NCBI GenBank assembly: GCA_041496385.1
Contig: JBGQEL010000001.1
Location: forward strand, 1-64,000
Direction: 5' to 3'
DNA from: Candidatus Methylomirabilia bacterium
GTDB taxonomy: Bacteria; Methylomirabilota; Methylomirabilia; Rokubacteriales; CSP1-6
Length of the DNA: 64,000 nucleotides
Position 1 is the first letter of the stretch. Every line of letters starts with the position of its first letter. Below the pieces are notes generated by a model that was given only the letters and a program-made list of their open reading frames with translations, did not search any database and was not told where the DNA came from. Shown here piece after piece: positions 1-8,864 of this stretch. Position numbers and translations under genes: made by a program.

Positions 1-726
1 GATCGACGCGAGCGAGGGCAGCGCGGGATCGTAGCCCCGCGCGAGGAGCGACTGCACCTCCTCGGGGAGCCCGGCGGCCACGAACGCCGCCGCGCGTGCC
101 CGGAGGCGCTCGGCGAGGCGCTCTCGCTCCGTCTCGAGCCCGATGTGGACGACCTCGTACGGCCCCGCGGCGCTCCAGAAGCCCTCGGAGCCGGTCGCCA
201 CGCTGCCGCCGCCGCGAACGATCTCCAGCGCGCGCCCGACGCGCACCGCGTCGTGCGGATGGAGCCGGCGCGCCACGTCCGGCGCCGTCAGCGCGAGCCG
301 GCGGTGGAGCGCCGTCCGTCCCTCGCTGAGCACGATCGCGTCGAGCTCGCGGCGAAACGCGGGGTCGGCCGGCGGCGCCGGGTCGAGCCCGCGGATGAGG
401 GCGCGGATGTAGAGCCCCGTGCCGCCCACCACGAGCGGGAGCCGCCCGCGCCCGCGGATCTCGTCCACCAGCCGCGCCGCGTCGGCGCAGAAACGCGCCG
501 CCTGGTAGGGCTCGTCGGGATCGGCGACGTCGATCAGATGATGGACGACGGCACGCCGCTGGTCGCGCGTGGGCTTGCCCGTGGCCGCGTCCATCCCGCG
601 GTAGACCTGCCGCGAGTCGGCGCTGATCACCTCGAGCGGGACCCGGCGCGCGAGGGCGACCGCCACCGCGGTCTTCCCGACGCCCGTCGGTCCTCCGATC
701 ACCACCAGCCGGGGCTTCGCGCTCAT
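1..726 (-). CDS. miaA: tRNA dimethylallyltransferase (3'-truncated by window edge)
   Basis: Manual translation from ATG at 726 (absent from ORF track): [19 protein letters not shown]...ISADSRQVYRGMDAATGKP...HHLID...VGGTGLYI; follows mutL as in the conserved mutL-miaA pair. Confidence 0.96.
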   Translation of the reverse strand, partial: MSAKPRLVVIGGPTGVGKTAVAVALARRVPLEVISADSRQVYRGMDAATGKPTRDQRRAVVHHLIDVADPDEPYQAARFCADAARLVDEIRGRGRLPLVVGGTGLYIRALIRGLDPAPPADPAFRRELDAIVLSEGRTALHRRLALTAPDVARRLHPHDAVRVGRALEIVRGGGSVATGSEGFWSAAGPYEVVHIGLETERERLAERLRARAAAFVAAGLPEEVQSLLARGYDPALPSLASI

Positions 727-732
727 TGCACC

Positions 733-741
733 ACTGTACCA
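733..741 (-). promoter_or_regulatory. Putative extended -10 promoter (TGgTACAGT), 6 nt before miaA ATG (leaderless-type)
   Basis: Minus strand reads ctggTACAGTggtgcaATG; no SD between; no clear -35. Confidence 0.5.
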
Positions 742-764
742 GCTTGGCTCGCGCTCGTGGCGCC

Positions 765-935
765 GCTCGGCGCGCGCCGCGAGGGCGCTCACCTCGCACC
801 GATCTTCGAGCCATTTCACCGCTCGGCTCGCGGCGCGACGCCGCTCACCTCGCACGGCCATCTCCGGGCCATCTCATACCGATTTCCGAGCCATTTCACT
901 GCTCGGCTCGCGCCGCGACGGCGCTCACCTCGCAC
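765..935. repeat. Intergenic REP-like imperfect tandem repeat: two 58-bp copies (798-855, 878-935) plus partial copies (765-799, ~860-877)
   Basis: accgatcttcgagccatttcaccgctcggctcgcggcgcgacgccgctcacctcgcac vs accgatttccgagccatttcactgctcggctcgcgccgcgacggcgctcacctcgcac (5 mismatches); internal hairpins. Confidence 0.85.
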
Positions 936-2611
936 TACCAGTTTCGTTTGAGCTCGCGGCGGATCTCGGCGAGCGCCACGCGGCTCACGATGGGCCGGCC
1001 GTGCGGGCAGAAATACGGCGTGGCCGTCGCGCCCAGCTCGGCCACGAGCCGTTCCATCTCCTCGCGCTCCAGCGGCATGTTCGCCTTCACCGCCGCGTGG
1101 CACGCCACGAATGCCAGTGCCCGGTCGATGGCGGGCTCCCCCGCCTTCGGCCCGCCCAGCTCGTCGACGGCCGCCTCGAGGAGCCGCTTCGGCGCGTCGC
1201 CCTTGAGGAGGACCGGCACCGCGCGTAGCACGATCGCGTCGCCGCCGAACCCCTCGAAGGCGAAGCCGAGCCGCTCGAGGGGTTCGCGCCAGCGCTCGAG
1301 GAGCGCGCGTCCCGCCGGTCCGAGGTCCACCGGCTCCGGAAAGAGGAGCGCCTGCGACGACGGCGCGCCGCGATCGAGCTCGCGCCGGAGCTGCTCGAAG
1401 ATGACGCGCTCGTGCGCCACGTGCTGGTCGAGAAAGAAGACTTCCTCGTCCGAGGCCGAGACGACGAAGGTGTCCTGGACCTGCCCGAGCACCCGGCCGA
1501 AGAGCGGGCGCGCCTCGGGCGCCGCCTCGCCGAAGAGCGCCGGCTGCTCGGCGACCCCCGTCGGCGCCGCGCCCGCGAGATGGCTCGCCTCCCAGCTCGC
1601 GATGTCGAGGTTGGGGACCACCGCGGGTCGGCGCAGCGCCTGCTGGAGCGCGGAGGCGACCATCTCGTAGGCAAGGCGTGGATGGCGGAAGCGCACCCAG
1701 GCTTTCGTCGGGTGGACGTTGGCGTCGACGTCGGCCTCCGGCAGCGAGATCGCGAGCAGGACGAGCGGAAAGCGATCGCGCGGCAGCAGCGGACGGTAGG
1801 CGTCCAGCGCCGCCTGCAGGAGCCCGGGGTCGCGCACCGGTCGGCTGTTGACGATCAGCACGATGTCGTCCCGACCGCCGCGCGTGAGGTCGGGCGGGCT
1901 CGCGAGGCCGCTCACCCGCACGCCGTGCTCCGCCCGATCCACGGGGAGAAGGCGTTCGGCGATGTCCCAGCCCCACACCGCCCCGGCGCGCTCGCGGAGA
2001 TCCTTGGCCGCCGGCGCGCTGAGGACCGCCTTGGCGTTGTTGGTGACCTGGAAGCGCACGGCGGGGAACGCCAGGGCGAGCGGCACCAGGAGGCGGAGGC
2101 TCGCGGCCGCCTCGGTCGCCGGGGACTTGAGAAACTTGAGCCGCGCCGGCGTGTTGAAGAAGAGGTCGCTGACCTGGACGACCGTCCCGGGCTCCGACGG
2201 GACCGTCAGCGTCTGGGCGACCTTGCCGCCCTCGCCCGCCAGCCGCAGCCCCTCGGCGGCTCCGCGCGCGCGGCTCGTGAGGGCGAAGCGCGACACCGCG
2301 CAGATCGCGGCCAGCGCCTCGCCCCGGAAGCCGAGCGTGACGATCGCGTCGAGGTCCGCGTCCGTCGCGAGCTTGGACGTCGCATGACGCTCGAGGGCCA
2401 GCGGCAGCTCGTCGGCCGCGATGCCGACGCCGTCGTCGACCACGCGGATCAGCGCCGCGCCGCCGTCGCGGAGATCCACGGTGATCGAGCGCGCATCCGC
2501 GTCGAGCGCGTTCTCGACCAGCTCCTTCACGGCCGACGCGGGGCGCTCGACCACCTCGCCCGCCGCGATCTTGTTGACCAGGTGATCCGGGAGTCGCCGG
2601 ATGCGCGTCAC
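935..2611 (-). CDS. mutL: DNA mismatch repair endonuclease MutL
   Basis: KIAAGEVVERPASAVKELVENALDA, GFRGEAL, endonuclease motif DQHVAHERVIFE, ACH, CPHGRP; GTG start at 2611 overlaps the mutS TGA (ORF-track extension to 4261 is spurious). Confidence 0.97.
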   Translation of the reverse strand: MTRIRRLPDHLVNKIAAGEVVERPASAVKELVENALDADARSITVDLRDGGAALIRVVDDGVGIAADELPLALERHATSKLATDADLDAIVTLGFRGEALAAICAVSRFALTSRARGAAEGLRLAGEGGKVAQTLTVPSEPGTVVQVSDLFFNTPARLKFLKSPATEAAASLRLLVPLALAFPAVRFQVTNNAKAVLSAPAAKDLRERAGAVWGWDIAERLLPVDRAEHGVRVSGLASPPDLTRGGRDDIVLIVNSRPVRDPGLLQAALDAYRPLLPRDRFPLVLLAISLPEADVDANVHPTKAWVRFRHPRLAYEMVASALQQALRRPAVVPNLDIASWEASHLAGAAPTGVAEQPALFGEAAPEARPLFGRVLGQVQDTFVVSASDEEVFFLDQHVAHERVIFEQLRRELDRGAPSSQALLFPEPVDLGPAGRALLERWREPLERLGFAFEGFGGDAIVLRAVPVLLKGDAPKRLLEAAVDELGGPKAGEPAIDRALAFVACHAAVKANMPLEREEMERLVAELGATATPYFCPHGRPIVSRVALAEIRRELKRNW

Positions 2612-5184
2612 GGGGCCCCTCGCGCGCGCTGTTGCCATTTGTCCAGGAGGGTGAGCGCCTCGAGGGGCGTGACGTGCGCCAGGTCGAGACCCGCGAGCTC
2701 CGTCGCGATCGGCTCGGGGACGGGCGGGGCGAAGAGCCCGAGCTGCGCCGCGTCGCGGACGTCGGCCTGCGTCTGCCCGGCCTCCTCGAGCTCGGCGAGC
2801 AGCGCCTTCGCGCGCGCGATCACCGTCGCCGGCAGGCCCGCCAGGCGGGCGACCTGGATGCCGTAGCTCCGGTCGGTGCCGCCGGGCTGAACCTTGTGCA
2901 GGAAGACGATCGCGTCGTTCCACTCGCGGACCGCGACGTGGAAGTTCCGCACGCCCGCGAGCCGCCCGGCCAGGCGCGTCAGCTCGTGGAAGTGGGTGGC
3001 GAAGAGCACCTTCGCGCCGCGTCCCCGGTCGTGGAGCCCCTCCACGACGGCCCACGCGATCGCGAGGCCGTCGAACGTGGAGGTCCCGCGCCCCACCTCG
3101 TCGAGCAGGACGAGGCTCCGCGGCGTCACGTTGTTGAGGATCGTCGCGGTCTCCACCATCTCGACCAGAAAGGTGCTCTGGCCGCGGGCGAGGTTGTCCT
3201 GGGCGCCGACGCGCGTGAAGACGCGGTCGAGCACGCCGATCCGCGCCTCGCGCGCGGGCACGAAGGCGCCCATCTGGGCGAGGATCGCGATGTGGGCCGT
3301 CTGCCGCAGGTAGACGGATTTCCCGGCCATGTTGGGCCCCGTGAGGATCACGACGCGCGCCTCGGCGTCGAGGGCGAGGTCGTTCGGCGTGACCGGCGTG
3401 CCGGCGCGCGATTCCAGAACCGGGTGGCGGCCCTCGACGATGGCCAGCGCGTCGCTCCGGTCCACCGTGGGGCGCACGTGGCCCCGCGCGTGGGCCACCT
3501 CGGCGAGCGCGGCGAGCACGTCGAGCCGCGCGAGCGCCCGCGCCGTCCCAAGCAGGACCGGTGCCTGCGCCGCGACGCGCCGCCGGACGTCGTCGAACAG
3601 CTCGTGCTCCAGCCGGCGGCGGCGCTCGTCCGCGCCGAGCACCTTGGCCTCGTACTCCTTCAGCTCCGCCGTCACGTAGCGCTCCGCGCCCGTGAGCGTT
3701 TGCCGGCGGACGTACTCGCCGGGCACGCGCGCCGTGTGGGCGTTCGTGACCTCGATGCCGTACCCGAAGACGCGGTTGAAGCGGACGCGCAGGCTCGGGA
3801 TGCCGGTGCGCGCGCGCTCGCGGCCCTCGAGCCCGGCGATCCATTCGCGTGCCTCGCGCGCGTCCCGGACGATCGCCGCGAGCCCCTCGTTCCAGCCCGA
3901 GCGGATCAGGCCGCCGTCGTGGAGCGTCACGGGAGGCTCGTCCTCGAGCGCCGCCTCGAGGGTCGCGCGGAGCGGCTCGAGATCCGCCAGCTCCTCGCGG
4001 GCGGCCGCGAGCGTCGCCGCCTCCAGCCCGCCGCAGATCGCGCGGAGGTCGGCGAGCGGGCGCAGGCACGTCCGGAGTCCGACCAGGTCGCGACCGTGGG
4101 CGACGCCGAGCGTCGCCCGGCTCGTGAGCCGCTCGAGGTCGCCGATGCCCTTCAGGAGCCCGCGCAGGCGGGCGCGCTCGCCCGGACGCTCGACGAGGGC
4201 GGCGATCGCGTCCTGGCGGGCCGCGATGGCGTCGACATCCACGAGCGGACGGAGCAGCCACTGGCGCAGGAGCCGCGCCCCCATCGGCGTCCCCGTCTCG
4301 TCGAGGACCCCGAAGAGCGAGCTCCTGGGGTTGCCGTCGCTCGATTCCAGCAGCTCGAGCGTCTCGACCGCCGTGGCGTCCAGCACCAGCGTGTCGGCCG
4401 CGGTCAGGGGCGTGAGCCGGGTCAGGTGACCGAGGGCCTCCCCCTGGGTCGCGCGCAGGTAGGCGAGCGCCGCGGCGGCCGCCTGCAGCCCGAGGGTCAG
4501 GTGAGCCACGCCGAAGCGGTCGAGCGAGTCGACGCCGAAGTGGGCGCAGAGCTCCTCGGGCGCTCGGCGGGGACCGGCGCCGGCCGCGTCGTGGAAGGTC
4601 AGCGTCGCGCCCCGCGCGCGAAGCCGGGCCAGGAGACCGGGTTCGGCGCGCGCCGTCTCCGGCAGGAGGATCTCGGCCGGACCTCGCAGCAGCGCCGCGG
4701 CCAGCGTCGCGTCGTCGCCGCCCGTGTCCTCGCCCGCCCAGAACTCGCCGGTGGACACGTCCACGAGCGCGACGCCGGTCGTCGCGCGGCTCCGCGCCAG
4801 CGCCATCAGGAAGTTGTTGGCGGCGCCGGGGAGGTACGCCGTGTCGGTGATGGTCCCGGGCGTGATGATCCGGACGACGTCGCGCCGGAGCAGCTTCTTG
4901 GCGCCTCCGGGCGCCTCGAGCTGCTCGCAGACCGCGATCTTCTGGCCCGCACGGACGAGTCGCGCGATGTACCCGTCGGCCGCGTGGTGGGGGATCCCGG
5001 CCATCGGCACGTCCTGCCGCGCGGTCAGCGTGATCTGGAGAATTCGCGCCGCGAGCTCAGCGTCGTCGAAGAACGTCTCGTAGAAGTCCCCGAGACGGAA
5101 GAACAGGACGTGGTCGGGGTACCGGCGCTTCAGCTCCCGGTACTGCCGCATCATGGGCGTGCGCTCGCCGACGGCGTCAGGCAA
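2608..5184 (-). CDS. mutS: DNA mismatch repair protein MutS
   Basis: TPMMRQY, FFRLGDFYE, Walker A GPNMAGKS, LLDEVGRGTST, ATHFHEL; start TTG 5184 (alternative ATG 5154). Confidence 0.97.
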   Translation of the reverse strand: MPDAVGERTPMMRQYRELKRRYPDHVLFFRLGDFYETFFDDAELAARILQITLTARQDVPMAGIPHHAADGYIARLVRAGQKIAVCEQLEAPGGAKKLLRRDVVRIITPGTITDTAYLPGAANNFLMALARSRATTGVALVDVSTGEFWAGEDTGGDDATLAAALLRGPAEILLPETARAEPGLLARLRARGATLTFHDAAGAGPRRAPEELCAHFGVDSLDRFGVAHLTLGLQAAAAALAYLRATQGEALGHLTRLTPLTAADTLVLDATAVETLELLESSDGNPRSSLFGVLDETGTPMGARLLRQWLLRPLVDVDAIAARQDAIAALVERPGERARLRGLLKGIGDLERLTSRATLGVAHGRDLVGLRTCLRPLADLRAICGGLEAATLAAAREELADLEPLRATLEAALEDEPPVTLHDGGLIRSGWNEGLAAIVRDAREAREWIAGLEGRERARTGIPSLRVRFNRVFGYGIEVTNAHTARVPGEYVRRQTLTGAERYVTAELKEYEAKVLGADERRRRLEHELFDDVRRRVAAQAPVLLGTARALARLDVLAALAEVAHARGHVRPTVDRSDALAIVEGRHPVLESRAGTPVTPNDLALDAEARVVILTGPNMAGKSVYLRQTAHIAILAQMGAFVPAREARIGVLDRVFTRVGAQDNLARGQSTFLVEMVETATILNNVTPRSLVLLDEVGRGTSTFDGLAIAWAVVEGLHDRGRGAKVLFATHFHELTRLAGRLAGVRNFHVAVREWNDAIVFLHKVQPGGTDRSYGIQVARLAGLPATVIARAKALLAELEEAGQTQADVRDAAQLGLFAPPVPEPIATELAGLDLAHVTPLEALTLLDKWQQRARGAP

Positions 5185-5659
5185 CGATGCGCCCCCGCAG
5201 CCGGTCCCACGTGACCTCGAGCGCCTCGGGCACGACGCGCGCGTCCGCGAAGACCGACATGAAGTTCGTGTCACCGTTCCAGCGGGGCACGACGTGAACG
5301 TGGAGGTGGTCGGCGATCCCCGCGCCGGCAACCCGTCCCTGGTTGATCCCGACGTTGAACCCCTCGGCCCGATACTCCGCGGTCAGGATCGCGATCCCCG
5401 TCGCGACGAGCTGCATCGCGTCGGCGACCTCTTCGGCGCGCGTCTCACCGAGGGCGGCGACGTGGCGATTCGTCACCGCCATGAGGTGGCCGGGCGCGTA
5501 CGGGTAGGCGTTCAGGATCAGGAAGGCGTGCGCGCGGCGCTGGACGACGAAGTGCTTCCGGTCGTCGGGGGTCGCCAGTGCCGAGCAGAACAGACAACCG
5601 GGGGGTGCCGCGCCGGCGCCCACGTAGCTCATGCGCCAGGGCGCCCAGAGGCGTTTCAC
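5177..5659 (-). CDS. HIT-family nucleotide hydrolase (Ap4A phosphorylase/hydrolase-like)
   Basis: LWAPWR, CLFC, YPYAPGHLM, histidine triad HLHVHVVPRW. Confidence 0.92.
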   Translation of the reverse strand: MKRLWAPWRMSYVGAGAAPPGCLFCSALATPDDRKHFVVQRRAHAFLILNAYPYAPGHLMAVTNRHVAALGETRAEEVADAMQLVATGIAILTAEYRAEGFNVGINQGRVAGAGIADHLHVHVVPRWNGDTNFMSVFADARVVPEALEVTWDRLRGRIVA

Positions 5660-5672
5660 GCCCGCGGCGCGC

Positions 5673-5948
5673 TCAGCCGTTGACGAGCTCTCGGAGCCGC
5701 TTGCCCACCTTGAAGAACGGCACCCGTTTCTGCGGGACGTCCACGCTCGTGCCGGTCTTGGGGTTGCGTCCCTTGCGCGAGTTCCGCCGGCGGATACGGA
5801 AGCTGCCGAAGCCCCTGAGCTCGACCTTGTCGCCCTTCGACAACGCGTCGGTGATGTTGTCGAAGATCGTGTTGACGATCGTCTCCGTCTCTTTCTTGGT
5901 CAGATTCGAGATCTTGGAGACCTCGTCGATCAGGTCGGCTTTGGTCAT
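5673..5948 (-). CDS. ihfB: Integration host factor beta / HU-family DNA-binding protein
   Basis: MTKADLI...KVELRGFGSF...GRNPKTG...PFFKVGK; rpsA-sppA-ihfB context; SD GGGAG. Confidence 0.88.
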   Translation of the reverse strand: MTKADLIDEVSKISNLTKKETETIVNTIFDNITDALSKGDKVELRGFGSFRIRRRNSRKGRNPKTGTSVDVPQKRVPFFKVGKRLRELVNG

Positions 5949-5998
5949 CGTCTACTCCCGTGTGCTCCGTCAGAATCCCCGCCTCGGGCGTCACCGGC

Positions 5999-6028
5999 AA
6001 CCTAGCACGCCGCCGAAAATAATGTCAA
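5999..6028 (-). promoter_or_regulatory. Sigma70-type promoter of ihfB
   Basis: Minus strand TTGACA-N18-TAGGTT with TGn extension, in an AT-richer gap. Confidence 0.65.
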
Positions 6029-6231
6029 GCAGCGTAAGGGGTTAGGCGACACTCGCGCAGGCGCTCGGGCTCGTTCCGGCGGTGGTTGAAAAGCCCAGCG
6101 GTGTCGCAACGTTGCCGCTCGAAGTCCGAGGCGATGCTCACTCGAGGAGCTTCGTTTAGTCTTTATTCGGAGGATAGTTATCGTGTATCGCGTGAGGGCG
6201 TGCTCGAGCTATGGAGCCGCAATCGCCGGCC

Positions 6232-7127
6232 TCAGTCCATGAGGTAGAGCGGGGTCTTGAACAGAGGCAGCGAAGGGCGCAGCGCCGTGAGGCCGGCGAG
6301 GCCGAGCTCACTCTTGAGGAAGTCCGTCACGGAGAACTTCCGGCGTGGTCCGATGATGTTCGGCGGCTTCGGCAGCCCGGCGAGCGTCGCCGCCCCGTCG
6401 ATCGCCTCCTCCAGCCCGCCGAGCGTGTCCACCATGCGCAGCTCCTTGGCCTGCTCCCGGAAAAGATGCGCCCGTCGGCGAACTGGAGCACCTGGGCGCG
6501 GTCGAGCTTGCGTCCGGTGGCCACGGCGGCGATGAACTGGCTGTGCACGTCGTCGAGCAGCGCCTGCATGACGCGACGCTCGTCGACGGACATCGGCCGG
6601 GCGAAGTTGCCGATGTCCTTGTACTCCCCCGCCTTGACGATGACGTAGTCCACGCCCACCTTCTTCATGAGCTCATGCACGTTCGCGAGCTGCATGATCA
6701 CGCCGATCGAGCCCGTGAGCGTCCCGGGGTTCGCGTAGATCTGGTCGGCGGCGACGGCGACGTAGTATCCGCCCGAGGCGGCGACGGCGCCGAGCGACGC
6801 GACCACGGGCTTGCCCGCCTCGCGCAGTCGGCGCAGCGCGGTGTAGAGCTCCTGCGTCGGCGCGACGACGCCCCCGGGGCTGTTGATGCGGATCACGACC
6901 GCGCGCACCGCGGGGTTCTCGCGGTGGCCCTTGAGCTCGCGGACCAGGTCGTCCACGTCCACGATGAGGCCTTCGAGCTCGACGAGCGCGATGCGCTCGC
7001 CGAAGAGCGCCCCGCCGCCGGCGGCGGGACTGCGCAGCGAGGCGACGGAGGCGAGCAGGAGGCCGCCCACCGCGAGGTAGAGCGCGAGCGCGACCCCGAG
7101 CAGGGCGAGGCGGCGCCCCGCGCTAAT
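6232..7127 (-). pseudogene. sppA: Signal peptide peptidase SppA (short form) split by a 1-nt frameshift at ~6456-6458 (true lesion or sequencing error)
   Basis: RINSPGG, VAASGGYY, GSIGV, KAGEYKD, FADGRIFSG in ORF 6327..7070; continuation EQAKELRMVDTLGGLEEAI lies in another frame (ORF 6232..6435); probable ATT start at 7127 (first canonical start GTG 7070). Confidence 0.85.
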
Positions 7128-8847
7128 CCTCGTCCTCGTCGTCGTAGTCGTCGCGGTGCTTGCCCTTCTTGCCGCGGCGACTGCGCTCCGCCCCGCGCTC
7201 GTCCGCGGGCTTTGGCGGCTCGATCGCGTGGGCCAGCTCCTTCAGGCTGAGCCCGATACGCCGCTCGGTGGGGTCCACGCGGATGACGAGCAGCGTGAGC
7301 TCGTCGCCGACGTTGACGATCTCGTCGGCTTTGCCGATCGGCCGGTTGGACATCTGCGAGATGTGCAGGAGGCCGTCCACGCCGGGCTCCAGCTCGACGA
7401 ACGCGCCGAAGTCGGTGAGCCGGACGACCTTGCCGGTGACGCGCGACCCCATCGGGAAGCGCAGCGCCACGGTGGTCCAGGGATCGGGCTGGATCTGCTT
7501 GAGCCCGAGCGAGATCCGCTTGTTCTCGCGGTCCACGTTGAGGATCTGCGTCTCGAGCTCCTGCCCCTTCTTGAGCACCTCCGACGGGTGGCCGACGCTC
7601 CGCGTCCAGGACATGTCGGAGATGTGGAGCAGGCCGTCGACGCCCGGCTCGAGCTCCACGAACGCGCCGAAGTCGGTGAGGTTGCGCACCTTCCCCACGA
7701 CGCGCGTGCCCGGGGTGTAGCGCTCCTCGATCGTGGCCCACGGATCGGGTTCGACCTGCTTCATGCCGAGCGAGATCCGCTTCGCCGCGCGATTGACGTC
7801 GAGGACGATCACGTCCACCTCGTCGCCGACGTTGACGATCTTCGACGGGTGGCGTACACGGCGCGTCCACGACATCTCGGAGACGTGCACGAGCCCCTCG
7901 ACGCCGGGCTCGAGCTCGACGAACGCCCCGTAGTTCGTGAGGCTCACGACGCGGCCGCGCGTCTTGGTCCCGGCCGCGTAGGTCTGCTCGACGCGCTCCC
8001 ACGGGTCCGAGGACTTCTGCTTGTAGCCGAGCGAGACCCGTCCGGTCTCCCGGTCGAAGTGCAGGACGACGACTTCGACCTGATCGCCGACCTGGAAGAT
8101 CTCCGACGGGTGGCCGACGCGCCCCCAGCTCATGTCGGTCACGTGCAGGAGCCCGTCGATGCCCCCGAGGTCGATGAAGGCGCCGTAGTCGGTGATGTTC
8201 TTCACCGTGCCCGTCAGCACCATGCCCTCGGAGAGCACCTCGAGCGTGTGCTTCTTCTTCTCCTCCCGCTCCTCCTCGAGGACGGCGCGCCGCGAGAGGA
8301 CCACGTTGCCGCGCCGGCGGTTCAGCTTGATCACCCGCGCGCGGATCGTCTGGCCCACCATGGCGCCCAGATTCTTGACGGGCCGGAGGTCGACCTGCGA
8401 GCCCGGCAGGAAGGCCTTGACCCCGACGTCCACGGCGAGGCCGCCCTTCACGACCTCCACGACCCTGCCCTCGACCGGCAGGCCCTTGTCGTGCGCCTGG
8501 GTGATCGCGTCCCAGACCTTGATCTTGTCGGCCTTGTCCTTCGAGAGGACGATGAGGCCTTCGGAGTCCTCCTTGGCCTCGAGGTACACCTCGATCTCGT
8601 CGCCCACCTTGGGCAGCGTCCCGTGGCGCTGGAACTCCTCGATCGGGATCGTGCCCTCGCTCTTGTAGCCGACGTCGACGAGCACCTCGCTGCTGCCGAC
8701 GTGGACGACGCGGCCGTGGACGACCTCGCCCTCCTCGAATTCGCTCGTCGCGCCCTCGTGGAACCAGTCCTCCATCCGCTCCTCGGCCGGCTCATCCGCC
8801 TCCTTTCGCGACCCGGCGAGGGTGCTCCGTGGTTCGTCCTTGTTCAT
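7123..8847 (-). CDS. rpsA: 30S ribosomal protein S1 (six S1 domains)
   Basis: DVGYKSEG, AFLPGSQVD, repeated FGAFVELEPGVDGLLHIS; SD GGAGGA 9 nt before ATG 8847 (alternative ATG 8868 overlaps plsC stop). Confidence 0.97.
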   Translation of the reverse strand: MNKDEPRSTLAGSRKEADEPAEERMEDWFHEGATSEFEEGEVVHGRVVHVGSSEVLVDVGYKSEGTIPIEEFQRHGTLPKVGDEIEVYLEAKEDSEGLIVLSKDKADKIKVWDAITQAHDKGLPVEGRVVEVVKGGLAVDVGVKAFLPGSQVDLRPVKNLGAMVGQTIRARVIKLNRRRGNVVLSRRAVLEEEREEKKKHTLEVLSEGMVLTGTVKNITDYGAFIDLGGIDGLLHVTDMSWGRVGHPSEIFQVGDQVEVVVLHFDRETGRVSLGYKQKSSDPWERVEQTYAAGTKTRGRVVSLTNYGAFVELEPGVEGLVHVSEMSWTRRVRHPSKIVNVGDEVDVIVLDVNRAAKRISLGMKQVEPDPWATIEERYTPGTRVVGKVRNLTDFGAFVELEPGVDGLLHISDMSWTRSVGHPSEVLKKGQELETQILNVDRENKRISLGLKQIQPDPWTTVALRFPMGSRVTGKVVRLTDFGAFVELEPGVDGLLHISQMSNRPIGKADEIVNVGDELTLLVIRVDPTERRIGLSLKELAHAIEPPKPADERGAERSRRGKKGKHRDDYDDEDED

Positions 8848-8864
8848 GCCACCAGTTCCTCCAG

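Noticed and set aside
765..935. Repeat array as a CRISPR
   Set aside because: Units are 58 bp with irregular periods (56 and 80 nt), the intervening sequence is itself repeat-derived, and no cas genes are present.
2612..4261. 1108-aa ORF suggesting an N-terminally extended MutL or a MutS-MutL fusion
   Set aside because: The extension is an Arg/Pro/Gly-rich off-frame read of mutS, typical of high-GC DNA. MutL homology starts at GTG 2611.
6232..6435. Independent 67-aa small protein
   Set aside because: It is the frameshifted C-terminus of SppA.
7370..8190. Recurring ~50-nt near-identical DNA segments about 260 nt apart
   Set aside because: These are internal S1-domain repeats of rpsA and are expected.
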